Shown here: positions 23,555 to 33,081 of the stretch, piece by piece
How positions within the stretch are numbered: the first letter of the stretch is position 1
Layout of the letters: every line of letters begins with the position of its first letter
Position numbers and translations under genes: made by a program
Assembly: GCA_034520945.1 (NCBI GenBank)
Contig: JAXHNB010000009.1
Span: 32,001-96,000, forward strand
Length of the DNA: 64,000 bases
From: Trueperaceae bacterium
Lineage (GTDB): Bacteria > Deinococcota > Deinococci > Deinococcales > Trueperaceae
Direction of reading: 5' to 3'
Notes under the pieces: generated by a model
What the model was told of the DNA's origin: nothing
The model's input: only the letters and a program-made list of their open reading frames with translations
Databases searched by the model: none

Positions 23555-25246
23555 GTGGCCAGCAAGCACGTGATCGACCCCATCACCCGCATCGAGGGGC
23601 ACCTGCGCATCGAAATCGACGTCGGCGACGGCGGGCAGGTCGAGGAAGCCGCCAGCAGCAGCACCGCCTTCCGCGGGTTCGAGACGATCATGAAAGGACG
23701 CGATCCGCGCGACGTCGGCCTGTTCGCCCAGCGGATCTGCGGCGTGTGCACCTACCATCACTACGAACGCGGGGTGGAGGCGACCGAGCGGGCCTATGAC
23801 GTCCAAATTCCGCCGAACGCCCGCCTGCTGCGCAACCTCATCTGGGCGGCGCAGCTGGTGAACGACCACACCACGCACTTCTACCAACTGCACTCGATGG
23901 ACTGGTGGGACGTCATCTCCGCCTTGGACGCCGACCCGGTGCTGGCCACCGCCGTGGCGCACCAGTACCACGAAACCCCGTACAACGCCTCCGAGAGTCA
24001 CTACCGGCAGGTGCTGGCGCGCCTGAGCGCGTTCGCGCAGAGCGGGCAGTTGGGGCCGTTCGCGGGCGGCTACTGGGGGCACCCGAAGTACGCCCTGACG
24101 CCCGAGGAGAACCTGGTCCTGGCCTCGCACTACCTGGACAACCTCGCCGTGCAGCGGGCCAGCGCCAAAGCCAGCGCCATCTTCGGCGGCAAGAACCCGC
24201 ACCCGCAGAGCCTGATCGTGGGCGGCGTGACCTCGGTGCGTGACGCGTTGGACGCGCACCGGCTGGCCGAGTACCAGTTCCTGATGAAGCAGGCCATGGA
24301 CTTCGTGAACCGCGCCTACCTGCCGGACATGGAACTGTTGGCCGACCGCTACCGCGACGAGGCGTTGGCAGGGCACGGCGGCGGCCTGCGCAACTACATG
24401 AGCTTCGGCGCCCTGTCGCTGGACGAGCAGCCGTGGGACCGCCGAGCGTTCTTCCTGCCCGCCGGGTTGGTGCTGGACCGAAACCTGGACGAGGTGCAGT
24501 CGGTCGACCCGATGCGGATCGGCGAGGAGGTCGCGCACGCCTGGTACGACTACGAGGGCGACGAGGCGTCGCTCCACCCGCTCCAGGGACAGACGAACCC
24601 CGCCTACGAGGGCCTGAACGACGATGGCACCCTCAAGACCGAGGGCGGCTACAGCTGGGTCAAGTCGCCCCGCTACGACGGCACGCCGGTCGAGGTCGGC
24701 CCGCTGGCCCGCCTGATCATCGCCTACGCCAGCGGCCACGAAGGCGTCCGTCAGAGCATGGACGACTTCACCTCGCGCCTGGGCGTGCCGTTCGAGTTCT
24801 GGTACTCGACCGTCGGCCGCACCGTCGCCCGCGGGCTCGAGACGAAGTTGGTCGGCGACCGGCTGCCCGGCCTGATCGAGGAGCTGACCGGCAACGTCGG
24901 CGGCGGGGACGACCGCTTCTTCGCGCGCTACGACGCGCAGGACGGCGAGGGCTGGGCGATGGGCGAGGCGCCGCGCGGCAGCCTGAGCCACTGGTTGACC
25001 GTCCGCGACGGCGCGGTCGACAACTACCAGGCGATCGTGCCCTCCACCTGGAACGCCAGCCCCAAGGACGGACGTGAGCAACGCGGCGCCTATGAGGCGG
25101 CGCTGGTGGGCCAGCCGATGGCCGACCCGACCCGGCCGCTGGAGGTGGTGCGGACCGTCCACTCGTTCGATCCCTGCCTGGCCTGCGCCGTGCACATCCT
25201 GAACCGCGACGGCCAGGAGATCGCCCACCACGAAGTGGAGGTGTGA
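23555..25246 (+). CDS. hyaB: [NiFe] uptake hydrogenase large subunit (group 1, 1b-like motifs)
   Basis: DPITRIEGH; L1 QRICGVCTYHH; L2 SFDPCLACAVH plus cleavable C-terminal extension. Confidence 0.98.
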   Translation: MASKHVIDPITRIEGHLRIEIDVGDGGQVEEAASSSTAFRGFETIMKGRDPRDVGLFAQRICGVCTYHHYERGVEATERAYDVQIPPNARLLRNLIWAAQLVNDHTTHFYQLHSMDWWDVISALDADPVLATAVAHQYHETPYNASESHYRQVLARLSAFAQSGQLGPFAGGYWGHPKYALTPEENLVLASHYLDNLAVQRASAKASAIFGGKNPHPQSLIVGGVTSVRDALDAHRLAEYQFLMKQAMDFVNRAYLPDMELLADRYRDEALAGHGGGLRNYMSFGALSLDEQPWDRRAFFLPAGLVLDRNLDEVQSVDPMRIGEEVAHAWYDYEGDEASLHPLQGQTNPAYEGLNDDGTLKTEGGYSWVKSPRYDGTPVEVGPLARLIIAYASGHEGVRQSMDDFTSRLGVPFEFWYSTVGRTVARGLETKLVGDRLPGLIEELTGNVGGGDDRFFARYDAQDGEGWAMGEAPRGSLSHWLTVRDGAVDNYQAIVPSTWNASPKDGREQRGAYEAALVGQPMADPTRPLEVVRTVHSFDPCLACAVHILNRDGQEIAHHEVEV

Positions 25247-26115
25247 TCGTGGCGAGCCGTGCCCGCCGCACCCGGCCGGAAGCCGTGGTCGTGCAGCGGC
25301 CGGGGCGACCGAGGATGGTGATGTACGTCTTCGGGCGCTTCATCCGGGCCGCGCACTGGATCCGCAACGGCCTGTTGATCTGGCTGGTGATCAGCGGTTT
25401 CTACCTGGCGAATCCGTTCCTGGCGCGGAACCCCGTCACCGACACCAGCAGCAACTTCGTCCTGGCGCAGGTCCGTGGCCTGCACGTGATGGCGGGGTGG
25501 CTGCTGCTGGCGTTCACGCTGGTGCGCATCTACCAGTTCCTGTTCATCCGCCGGGACGGGCGCCTGGGCCTCGGCGCCGAGCTGCGCATGGCGCCGATCC
25601 TGCTGAACTGGAAGGCGTGGCGCGACCAGCTGGCGTTCTATCTGCTGCTCCGGCGCGACCATCCGCACTTCACCTACAGCAACTACGGGCCGCTGCAGTA
25701 CCTGGTGTACACGCTGCTGTACGCGGCGCTGCTGGTGATCAGCGTCACCGGCATCCTGTTGGCCGCGCCGTACGTGCAGGGCGGGCTGGCCAGCTTCGGC
25801 GCCGGCCTGCTGCGGCCGATCGAAGTCGCACTGGGCGGCCTGGCCAACGTGCGAGCCCTGCATCACTTCACGATGTGGTTCTTCATCGTGTTCACGCTGA
25901 TTCACATCTACATGGCGGTGTGGAACAGTTTGCGCACGGGCAACATGCTGATCGAAGGCATCATCTCGGGCTTCAAGGCGGTGGACACCGAGGTCGAGCG
26001 GGCCACGGAGGCCGACGTGGCCCCGGACGCGGCCGATGACACGACGAACGCGACATCGAAGGACACCAAGGCGCAAGGGAAGGCGCAAGGCAAGGCGAAG
26101 GGCTCGAAGCGGTGA
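25243..26115 (+). CDS. hyaC: Hydrogenase cytochrome b subunit
   Basis: RAAHW, RGLHVMAGW, GPLQ, RALHHFTMWFF..HIYM heme-ligand histidines; 4 TM. Confidence 0.93.
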   Translation: MIVASRARRTRPEAVVVQRPGRPRMVMYVFGRFIRAAHWIRNGLLIWLVISGFYLANPFLARNPVTDTSSNFVLAQVRGLHVMAGWLLLAFTLVRIYQFLFIRRDGRLGLGAELRMAPILLNWKAWRDQLAFYLLLRRDHPHFTYSNYGPLQYLVYTLLYAALLVISVTGILLAAPYVQGGLASFGAGLLRPIEVALGGLANVRALHHFTMWFFIVFTLIHIYMAVWNSLRTGNMLIEGIISGFKAVDTEVERATEADVAPDAADDTTNATSKDTKAQGKAQGKAKGSKR

Positions 26116-26669
26116 GCGGCGCACGCCCCCTCCTGGTCCTCGGCGTCGGCAACCTGTACTACGGCGACGAAGGGGCGGGCGTGCACCTGGTGCACCATCT
26201 GCGCCGCAAGTACGCCTTCCCCGAAGGCGTCGACGTCGTCGACGGCGGGACGCTGGGCTGGGACCTGCTGGGCATGATCGCCGAACACCACCACGTCATC
26301 CTGCTCGACGCCGTCGCGGCCCCGCCCGGCAAGATCTACCGCTTCGGCCGCGACGACGTGCCCGACGAGATCGGCTACGGCAAGCTCTCCTCGCACGAGT
26401 GGGAGGTGCCGGACCTGCTGAGCGCCATGGCGCTGTTGGGCGATCTGCCGGACGTGACCATCATCGCCATCGGCGTCGCGCCGCTGGAGTTCGAAACGGG
26501 ACGGGTCGGGGTCGCACTGAGCGCCCCCATTTTGGCCCGGATGGGGGCATGGGCCGAGGTGGTGCTCCGCGAATTGGCGCGCCACGGGGTCGCGCCGATC
26601 ACGGTCCGACCCGAGCTTCGCGCCGAACGTCCCCTCACCGCCGAGGAGATCGTGTTGCATCATGCATGA
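26112..26669 (+). CDS. hyaD: Hydrogenase maturation protease
   Basis: LVLGVGNLYYGDEGAG, VDGGTLG, LLDAV, SSHE. Confidence 0.95.
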   Translation: MSGARPLLVLGVGNLYYGDEGAGVHLVHHLRRKYAFPEGVDVVDGGTLGWDLLGMIAEHHHVILLDAVAAPPGKIYRFGRDDVPDEIGYGKLSSHEWEVPDLLSAMALLGDLPDVTIIAIGVAPLEFETGRVGVALSAPILARMGAWAEVVLRELARHGVAPITVRPELRAERPLTAEEIVLHHA

Positions 26670-27009
26670 GTTCGGGCTGGCCGTGAGCATGCTGGATCTC
26701 GCCGAACGCAGCGCGCGGGCGGACGGCGCGCAGCGCATCGACGTGATCCACGTCGAGATCGGCGCCTTGGCCGCCGTGGTGCCCGAAGCGCTCACGTTCG
26801 CGTTCGAGGGGGCACGCCTGGGCACCATGGCGGAGGGGGCACGCCTGGAGGTCACCTACCTCCCCGCCATCGCGTTTTGCGCGTCGTGCCAGCGCGAATT
26901 CGAGGCGTACGATGGCTTCGGCGTCGCGCTGTGCCCCGACTGCGACACGCCGTCGGCGGATCTGCGCCAGGGGCGCGAGCTGCGCCTGAGCCACTTGGAG
27001 GTGGCCTGA
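26662..27009 (+). CDS. hypA: Hydrogenase nickel chaperone HypA
   Basis: MHE start, CASC...CPDC, GREL. Confidence 0.96.
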   Translation: MHEFGLAVSMLDLAERSARADGAQRIDVIHVEIGALAAVVPEALTFAFEGARLGTMAEGARLEVTYLPAIAFCASCQREFEAYDGFGVALCPDCDTPSADLRQGRELRLSHLEVA

Positions 27010-27728
27010 TGGCCGACACCCCGAACGTCCGCGACGTCCACCTCAGCGCTCACGGCACCGGCGTGGCGCCCGACCCCCGGGTCGTGCAGGTCCAGAAGTC
27101 GCTGATGACGCACAACGACACCGTGGCGCGCGCCAACCGTGAGGCCTTCGCCGGCAGCCTGGTGCTGAACGTCGTCTCCTCGCCCGGCTCGGGCAAGACG
27201 GCCCTGCTGGAGGGCACCGTGCGCGCCTTGGCCGGCCAGCTGTCGGTGGCGGTCATCGTCGGCGACCTGGAGACCGACAACGACGCCACGCGCCTGCATG
27301 CGGCCGGGGCGCCCTCGGTGCAGATCGCGACGGGGGCGGTGTGCCACCTCGAGGCCGAGATGGTGGCGCGGGCCGCCGAGCGGCTCGACCTGGACGGCCT
27401 GGACGTGCTGGTGGTCGAGAACGTCGGCAACCTCGTCTGTCCCGCCGCCTGGGACCTCGGCGAGGACCTGCGGGTGGTGCTCCTGGCCGTCACGGAGGGC
27501 GAGGACAAGCCCCTGAAGTACCCGCGGATCTTCAAGGATGCGCACGCGGTGGTGATCAACAAGATCGACATCGCGGACGCCGTCGGCTTCGACCGCGACC
27601 TGGCGCTGGACGCCGTCCACCGCGTCACCCCCGCCGCGCAGGTGTTCGAGCTCTCGGCCCGCACGGGCGAGGGCATGAACGCCTGGCTGGACTTCCTGCG
27701 AGAGCGCCGCAGCAGCAAGCGGGGCTGA
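27009..27728 (+). CDS. hypB: Hydrogenase nickel-incorporation GTPase HypB
   Basis: SSPGSGKT, CHLEA, ENVGNLVCPA, EGEDKPLKYP; ATG overlaps the hypA stop. Confidence 0.96.
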   Translation: MADTPNVRDVHLSAHGTGVAPDPRVVQVQKSLMTHNDTVARANREAFAGSLVLNVVSSPGSGKTALLEGTVRALAGQLSVAVIVGDLETDNDATRLHAAGAPSVQIATGAVCHLEAEMVARAAERLDLDGLDVLVVENVGNLVCPAAWDLGEDLRVVLLAVTEGEDKPLKYPRIFKDAHAVVINKIDIADAVGFDRDLALDAVHRVTPAAQVFELSARTGEGMNAWLDFLRERRSSKRG

Positions 27729-27730
27729 GC

Positions 27731-30061
27731 GTGCCGGCCGAGCGGCTGCGCCTCCGCGTCACCGGCACGGTGCAGGGCGTCGGCTTCCGCCCGTTCGTGT
27801 ACCGGCTGGCCCGCGAGGCGCAACTGCGGGGCTGGGTCCGCAACGACGCGCGCGGCGTCACCATCGAAGTGAGCGGGGACGTTCAGGCGACGGCGCGCTT
27901 CGCGGACGCCCTCGCCAGCGATGCGCCGCCCGCCGCCCGCGTGGACGCCGTGACGGTCCTGGAGCGCGGGCCGCACACCGACGACGCACCCCCCGGCTTC
28001 GTGATCGTGCCCAGCGAGGACGCAGACGACGTCACCACCGACGTCTCGCCCGACCTGCCCGTGTGCGACGCCTGCCTGCGCGACATGCGCGACCCCACCG
28101 ACCGCCGCTACCGCTACCCGTTCGTGAACTGCACCGATTGCGGCCCGCGCTACTCGATCGTGGAGGCGCTGCCCTACGACCGTCCCCTCACCACCATGCG
28201 CGGCTTCACGATGTGCAACGACTGCGCGCGGGAGTACCACGACCCGAACGACCGGCGCTTTCACGCCCAACCGGTCGCCTGCCCCCGCTGCGGCCCGCGG
28301 CTGCGATTCGTGGCCTCGCCGAATCCGGACGCGTCTCACGCGGGAGACACGGCGCCCCCGGAAGAGGCGGCGCCGGCCGCCTGGGACGAGGCGGCGCTGG
28401 AGGCGACGGTGCGCGCCCTGCGCGAGGGGCGGATCGTGGCGGTCAAGGGCCTAGGCGGGTACCACCTGGCGTGCGATGCGCACGACGAGGCGGCGCTGCG
28501 GGCGCTCCGGGAACGCAAGTTCCGCAAGGAGAAGCCGTTCGCGGTGATGGCGCGCGACCTGGCGGCGCTGGACGGCGTGGTGGTCCTGAATGATGCCGAG
28601 CGGGCGCTGCTGGCGTCCACGGCGCGGCCGATCGTGCTGGCGCGCAAGGGAGAGGTGCCGCTGCCGGACGGGCTGGCGCCCGACAACGCCTCGCTGGGCG
28701 TGATGCTGCCCTACACGCCGGTGCACCACCTGCTGTTCGACGGCGGCGCGCCCGCGTTGCTGGTGATGACCAGCGCGAACCGTTCCTCCGAACCGATCGC
28801 CTACCGCGACGACGAGGCGCTGGCGCGCTTGGCCGGCCTGGCGGACGCCTTCCTGATCGGCCAGCGGCCGATCGCGCGGCGCGTCGACGACAGCGTGGCG
28901 CAGGTCGCGGCCGGCCAGGCGTCGGTGCTGCGGCGCGCGCGGGGGTACGCCCCCGCCCCGGTGGTGCGCGATACGCGCTTCGAGCGGCCGTCGTTGGCGC
29001 TGGGCGCCGAGTTGAAGAACGCCGTGACGCTGGCGGTGGGCGGCGCCGCCTACGTCAGCCAGCACCTCGGCGACCTGGGCGACCTGGCGTCGTTCGAGGC
29101 GTTCCAGGAGACGGTGCACGACCTGTGCGCCATGTACCGCGTCGACCCGCGCACGGTGCCGGTGGCGCACGACCTGCACCCGGCCTACCCCAGCACCCGC
29201 TTCGCGATGGAGCTGGGCGGCCCCCGCGTAGGCGTGCAGCACCACGAGGCCCACATCGCCAGCGTGCTGGCGGAGCGTGGCGCCTGGGAGGTGCCGGTGC
29301 TGGGGTTCGCGTTCGACGGTGCGGGCCTGGGTCACGACGGCACGGTCTGGGGCGGCGAGGTGTTCCACGGCAGCCTCGACGCCGGCCTGACGCGCGTGGC
29401 GCACCTGCGGCCCGCCCGCCTGCCGGGGGGCGACGCCGCGGCGCGCACGCCCGTGCAGGCCGCGGTCGGCTGGCTGGAGGCGCTGGGGGACGAGGCGCTG
29501 GAGCGGGTGACGGCCCCGCCGTTCGACTTCCCTGCAGCGCGGGTCAATGTCTCGCGGCAGTTGATCCAACGAGACACGCAAGCGCCGGTGACCACCAGCG
29601 TCGGCCGGTTGTTCGACACCGTCGCTGCGCTGACCGGCTTCGCGGGCTCAATGAGCTTCGAGGGGCAGGCGGCGATCTGGTTGGAGGCCGCCGCCTGGCG
29701 CTGTGCGGAGGCGCCGCCCTACCCCTGGCCGTTCGACGGGCGGCAGTGGGACCACGTCCCCTTGCTGCAGGCGGTGATGGACGACGTCGCGAACGGAACG
29801 GAGCGGGCGCGGGTGGCGCGCCGCTTCCACGAAAGCCTGGCGCAGGGCATCCTCGACGCGGTGATGACATTGCGTGGCCGACACGAGGTCGCCCACGTGG
29901 TGCTCTCCGGCGGGGTGTTCCAGAACCGCCTGCTGCTGGAGCGGACGGCGGCGCGGCTGGCGCGTCAGGACATCAGCCTCTGGTGGAACCGCGCGGTTCC
30001 GGCCAACGATGGGGGCATCTCGCTCGGTCAGTCCGCACTGGCCGCCATGTCAGGAGGGTGA
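27731..30061 (+). CDS. hypF: Carbamoyltransferase HypF
   Basis: GTVQGVGFRPFVY acylphosphatase domain, two Zn fingers, KGLGGYHL, QHHEAH, NDGGISLGQ. Confidence 0.97.
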   Translation: MPAERLRLRVTGTVQGVGFRPFVYRLAREAQLRGWVRNDARGVTIEVSGDVQATARFADALASDAPPAARVDAVTVLERGPHTDDAPPGFVIVPSEDADDVTTDVSPDLPVCDACLRDMRDPTDRRYRYPFVNCTDCGPRYSIVEALPYDRPLTTMRGFTMCNDCAREYHDPNDRRFHAQPVACPRCGPRLRFVASPNPDASHAGDTAPPEEAAPAAWDEAALEATVRALREGRIVAVKGLGGYHLACDAHDEAALRALRERKFRKEKPFAVMARDLAALDGVVVLNDAERALLASTARPIVLARKGEVPLPDGLAPDNASLGVMLPYTPVHHLLFDGGAPALLVMTSANRSSEPIAYRDDEALARLAGLADAFLIGQRPIARRVDDSVAQVAAGQASVLRRARGYAPAPVVRDTRFERPSLALGAELKNAVTLAVGGAAYVSQHLGDLGDLASFEAFQETVHDLCAMYRVDPRTVPVAHDLHPAYPSTRFAMELGGPRVGVQHHEAHIASVLAERGAWEVPVLGFAFDGAGLGHDGTVWGGEVFHGSLDAGLTRVAHLRPARLPGGDAAARTPVQAAVGWLEALGDEALERVTAPPFDFPAARVNVSRQLIQRDTQAPVTTSVGRLFDTVAALTGFAGSMSFEGQAAIWLEAAAWRCAEAPPYPWPFDGRQWDHVPLLQAVMDDVANGTERARVARRFHESLAQGILDAVMTLRGRHEVAHVVLSGGVFQNRLLLERTAARLARQDISLWWNRAVPANDGGISLGQSALAAMSGG

Positions 30062-30063
30062 CC

Positions 30064-30294
30064 ATGTGTCTGGGAATTCCACACGAAGTCGTCGAGGTGC
30101 TGGACGGTGATCGCTGCTTGATTCGCGTCGGCGACGGGGCACGTCACTGCTTCATCGGCCTGATCGAAGACTTGCAGGCGGGTGACTGGGTCGTGGTGCA
30201 CGCCGGCTTCGCCATCGACAAGATCGCGCCCGAGGACGCCAAGGCGAACCTGCGCCTGATCCAGCGCTACCTGGAGCCCGAGACCCGTGCTTGA
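30064..30294 (+). CDS. hypC: Hydrogenase chaperone HypC
   Basis: MCLGIP...GDWVVVHAGFAI; GGAGG RBS. Confidence 0.95.
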   Translation: MCLGIPHEVVEVLDGDRCLIRVGDGARHCFIGLIEDLQAGDWVVVHAGFAIDKIAPEDAKANLRLIQRYLEPETRA

Positions 30295-31465
30295 GAACGC
30301 GGCAGGGTCGTACCGCCCCGAGACGTACAAGGACCCGGCGCTGGTCGCCGGCCTTCGCACGCGCATCGCCACGCTGGCCGAGCAGATCGGCCGGCCGGTC
30401 AAGCTGATGCACATCTGCGGCACGCACGAGCACGAGATCGGACGCTACGCCCTGCGCGACCTGCTGCCGGACAGCGTGACGGTGCTGGCCGGCCCCGGCT
30501 GTCCGGTGTGCGTGTGCGACACCGAGTACATCGACACCGCGATCGCGCTGTCGCTCACGCCGGGCGTGATCCTGGCCTCCTTCGGCGACATGCTGGCGGT
30601 CCCCGGCAGCATTCCGCTGCAGGGCGAGCGCCGCGGCGACGTGCGCATGAGCCTGCTGGACGCGCGCGCCCAGGGCGGCGACGTGCGGGCCGTGTACAGC
30701 GTGTTCGACGCCGCGCGGCTGGCGGAGCGCACCCCGGACGCGGAGGTGGTGTTCTTCTCGGTCGGGTTCGAGACCACCGTAGTGGCGGTGGCGGCGATGC
30801 TGGCGCGCGGCGCGCCCGACAACCTCTCCATCATCGAAGCGAACTACTACACCCCGCCGGCGACGCGCATCCTGCCCGACCTGGACGGATTCGACGTCGA
30901 CGGGTTCATCCTGCCGGGCCACGCCGCGACGATCACCGGCCTGCGCGTGTACGAGCCGCTGGCCGAGCGCGGCATCGCCTGCGCCTGCGGCGGGTTCGAG
31001 CCGGTCGACGTGATGGCGGCCGTCGCGTCGCTGCTGGAGCAGATCCGTGACGGCGCGCCCACCGTCGCCAACCCGTATCAGCGGCTGGTGAAGTACGACG
31101 GCAACGAACGCGCCCAGCGGGAGCTGGACGAGGTGTTCGCGCTGGTGCCGATCCGCTGGCGCGGCATCGCGGAGATCCCCGCCTCGGGGTACGCGCTTCG
31201 CCCGCCGTACCAGCGTCACAGCGCCGCCCATCGCTTCGCCGGCACGCTGGCGGCGCGTTCCACGGAGGGCACCGAGCATCCCGCCGGCTGCCGCTGCGCC
31301 GAGGTGACGCTGGGCCAGATCCGACCCGATCAGTGCCGCGTGTTCGGCGTGCGCTGCACCCCCGACAGCCCGTACGGGCCGTGCATGGTCAGCCACGAGG
31401 GCACCTGCCGCGCCTGGTACGTGTACGGCATGCACAAGGAGAGGCTCCATGTCGAACCCGCCTGA
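30287..31465 (+). CDS. hypD: Hydrogenase formation protein HypD
   Basis: CGTHEH, GPGCPVC, GFETT, PGH, CMVSHEGTC. Confidence 0.97.
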   Translation: MLENAAGSYRPETYKDPALVAGLRTRIATLAEQIGRPVKLMHICGTHEHEIGRYALRDLLPDSVTVLAGPGCPVCVCDTEYIDTAIALSLTPGVILASFGDMLAVPGSIPLQGERRGDVRMSLLDARAQGGDVRAVYSVFDAARLAERTPDAEVVFFSVGFETTVVAVAAMLARGAPDNLSIIEANYYTPPATRILPDLDGFDVDGFILPGHAATITGLRVYEPLAERGIACACGGFEPVDVMAAVASLLEQIRDGAPTVANPYQRLVKYDGNERAQRELDEVFALVPIRWRGIAEIPASGYALRPPYQRHSAAHRFAGTLAARSTEGTEHPAGCRCAEVTLGQIRPDQCRVFGVRCTPDSPYGPCMVSHEGTCRAWYVYGMHKERLHVEPA

Positions 31466-32510
31466 CACCACGGCCACCGCGCCACGCCCCGCCTCGGTGT
31501 CTCGCTACGACACGGTGCGCCTCAGCCACGGCTCGGGCGGGCAGGCCACGCTGGAACTGATCGAGCAGCTGTTCGTCGCCACCTTCGCGAACGGTCCGCT
31601 GCGCGAACTGACCGACGCCGCCATCCTGGACAACCTCGGCGGGCGCCTGGCGTTCGCGACCGACTCTCACACCGTCAAACCCGCCGTCTTCCCGGGCGGC
31701 GACATCGGCCGCTTGGCGGTGGCCGGCACCATCAACGACCTGGCCGTGATGGGCGCGAGGCCCGCCTACCTGAGCGCCGCCTTCCTGCTGGAGGAGGGCT
31801 ACGACATGCGGGAGTTGGAGCGGGTGGTGCAGTCGATGAAGGCCACCGCGGACGAGGCGGGCGTGACCATCGTGGCCGGCGACACCAAGGTGTTGGGCCG
31901 CGGGCACGGCGACGGGATCTTCGTCAACACCACCGGCATCGGCTTCCTGCCGGACGACGTGCACCTGGGTGCCGATATGGTTCGACCCGGCGACAAGGTG
32001 CTGGTGAACGGCACGCTGGGCGATCACGGCATCGCGGTGATGTCGCGCCGCGAAGGATTGGACCTGGCGGTCGACCTGGTCTCCGACGTCGCCCCCTTGA
32101 ACGGACTGATCGACGCCGTGCGAACGGTCGCGCCGGGCGTGCGCTTCATGCGGGACGTGACGCGCGGTGGCCTGGCCGCCGTCGCGAACGAGGTGGTGAT
32201 GCACCGGCCGTTCGGGCTGCGGGTGTTCGACGTGGCCGTCCCCATCGACCCGCTGGTGGAGCAGTACAGCGAGATGCTGGGCATCGACCCGCTGCTGGCC
32301 GCCAACGAGGGCAAGGTGATGATGATCGTTCCCCCCGCGGAGGCGGAGGCCGCCCTGGGTGCGATGAAGGCCCACCCCTACGGGCGCGAGGCCGCCATCA
32401 TCGGCGACATCGTCAAGAGGCCCGAGGGCGTGGCGTTGGTGGAGACCGCCTACGGCAGCCACCGCGTGCTGGAGATGCCCATCGAAGAACAACTGCCGCG
32501 GATCTGCTGA
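31449..32510 (+). CDS. hypE: Carbamoyl dehydratase HypE
   Basis: HGSGG, TDSHTVKP..FPGGDIG, C-terminal LPRIC. Confidence 0.97.
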   Translation: MSNPPDTTATAPRPASVSRYDTVRLSHGSGGQATLELIEQLFVATFANGPLRELTDAAILDNLGGRLAFATDSHTVKPAVFPGGDIGRLAVAGTINDLAVMGARPAYLSAAFLLEEGYDMRELERVVQSMKATADEAGVTIVAGDTKVLGRGHGDGIFVNTTGIGFLPDDVHLGADMVRPGDKVLVNGTLGDHGIAVMSRREGLDLAVDLVSDVAPLNGLIDAVRTVAPGVRFMRDVTRGGLAAVANEVVMHRPFGLRVFDVAVPIDPLVEQYSEMLGIDPLLAANEGKVMMIVPPAEAEAALGAMKAHPYGREAAIIGDIVKRPEGVALVETAYGSHRVLEMPIEEQLPRIC

Positions 32511-33073
32511 TGTTCGCTACCCAGCGCGCCTTCATCGAGGCCGCCATCGCCGAGGTCCGCGAGGCGAAGGGGCTGCTCCTTCCGCTGCTGACGATCCAAA
32601 ACCCGCACGCCCCTTGGACCGCGGAGGCGCTGCGGGACCTCGACGATCACGTGGACGCGGACGCGGACGATCCGGTGCTACGCCGCGCGGTGACGCTGGT
32701 GGAGGCGTTCGAGCTGCCCTTCCTGGCCGAAGAGGCGCGCCTGGCCGAGCGGGGCCTCACCCTGGACACGGACATGGCCGGCTTCGAGGCCGCCATGGTC
32801 GACTTCGAACGCGCCTTCTGGGACCAGGCCTACGCGGCGTACCGGGCCGACCCCGGCCACTGGGACCTCCGCCCCGTGCCCAGCTACGACGTGTGCGAGA
32901 CCCACCGCCTGGACAGCGCCGACGTGCGCCGCGCCATCCGCGACCACGGCGCCACCTCGTTCGACGATCTGGCCCCCTACCTGGGCACGGACCGGGCGTG
33001 CAGCACCTGCCACACCGCGGTGAGCCGCCTGCTGATCCAGGCGCTGCGCCGGGCGAAGGGCGCGCCCGGCTGA
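32510..33073 (+). CDS. Uncharacterised protein with C-terminal BFD-like (2Fe-2S) domain, coupled to hypE
   Basis: TGATG overlap with hypE; VCETH...VRRAIRDHGATSFDDL...CSTCH. Confidence 0.75.
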   Translation: MFATQRAFIEAAIAEVREAKGLLLPLLTIQNPHAPWTAEALRDLDDHVDADADDPVLRRAVTLVEAFELPFLAEEARLAERGLTLDTDMAGFEAAMVDFERAFWDQAYAAYRADPGHWDLRPVPSYDVCETHRLDSADVRRAIRDHGATSFDDLAPYLGTDRACSTCHTAVSRLLIQALRRAKGAPG

Positions 33074-33081
33074 GCCACGGC

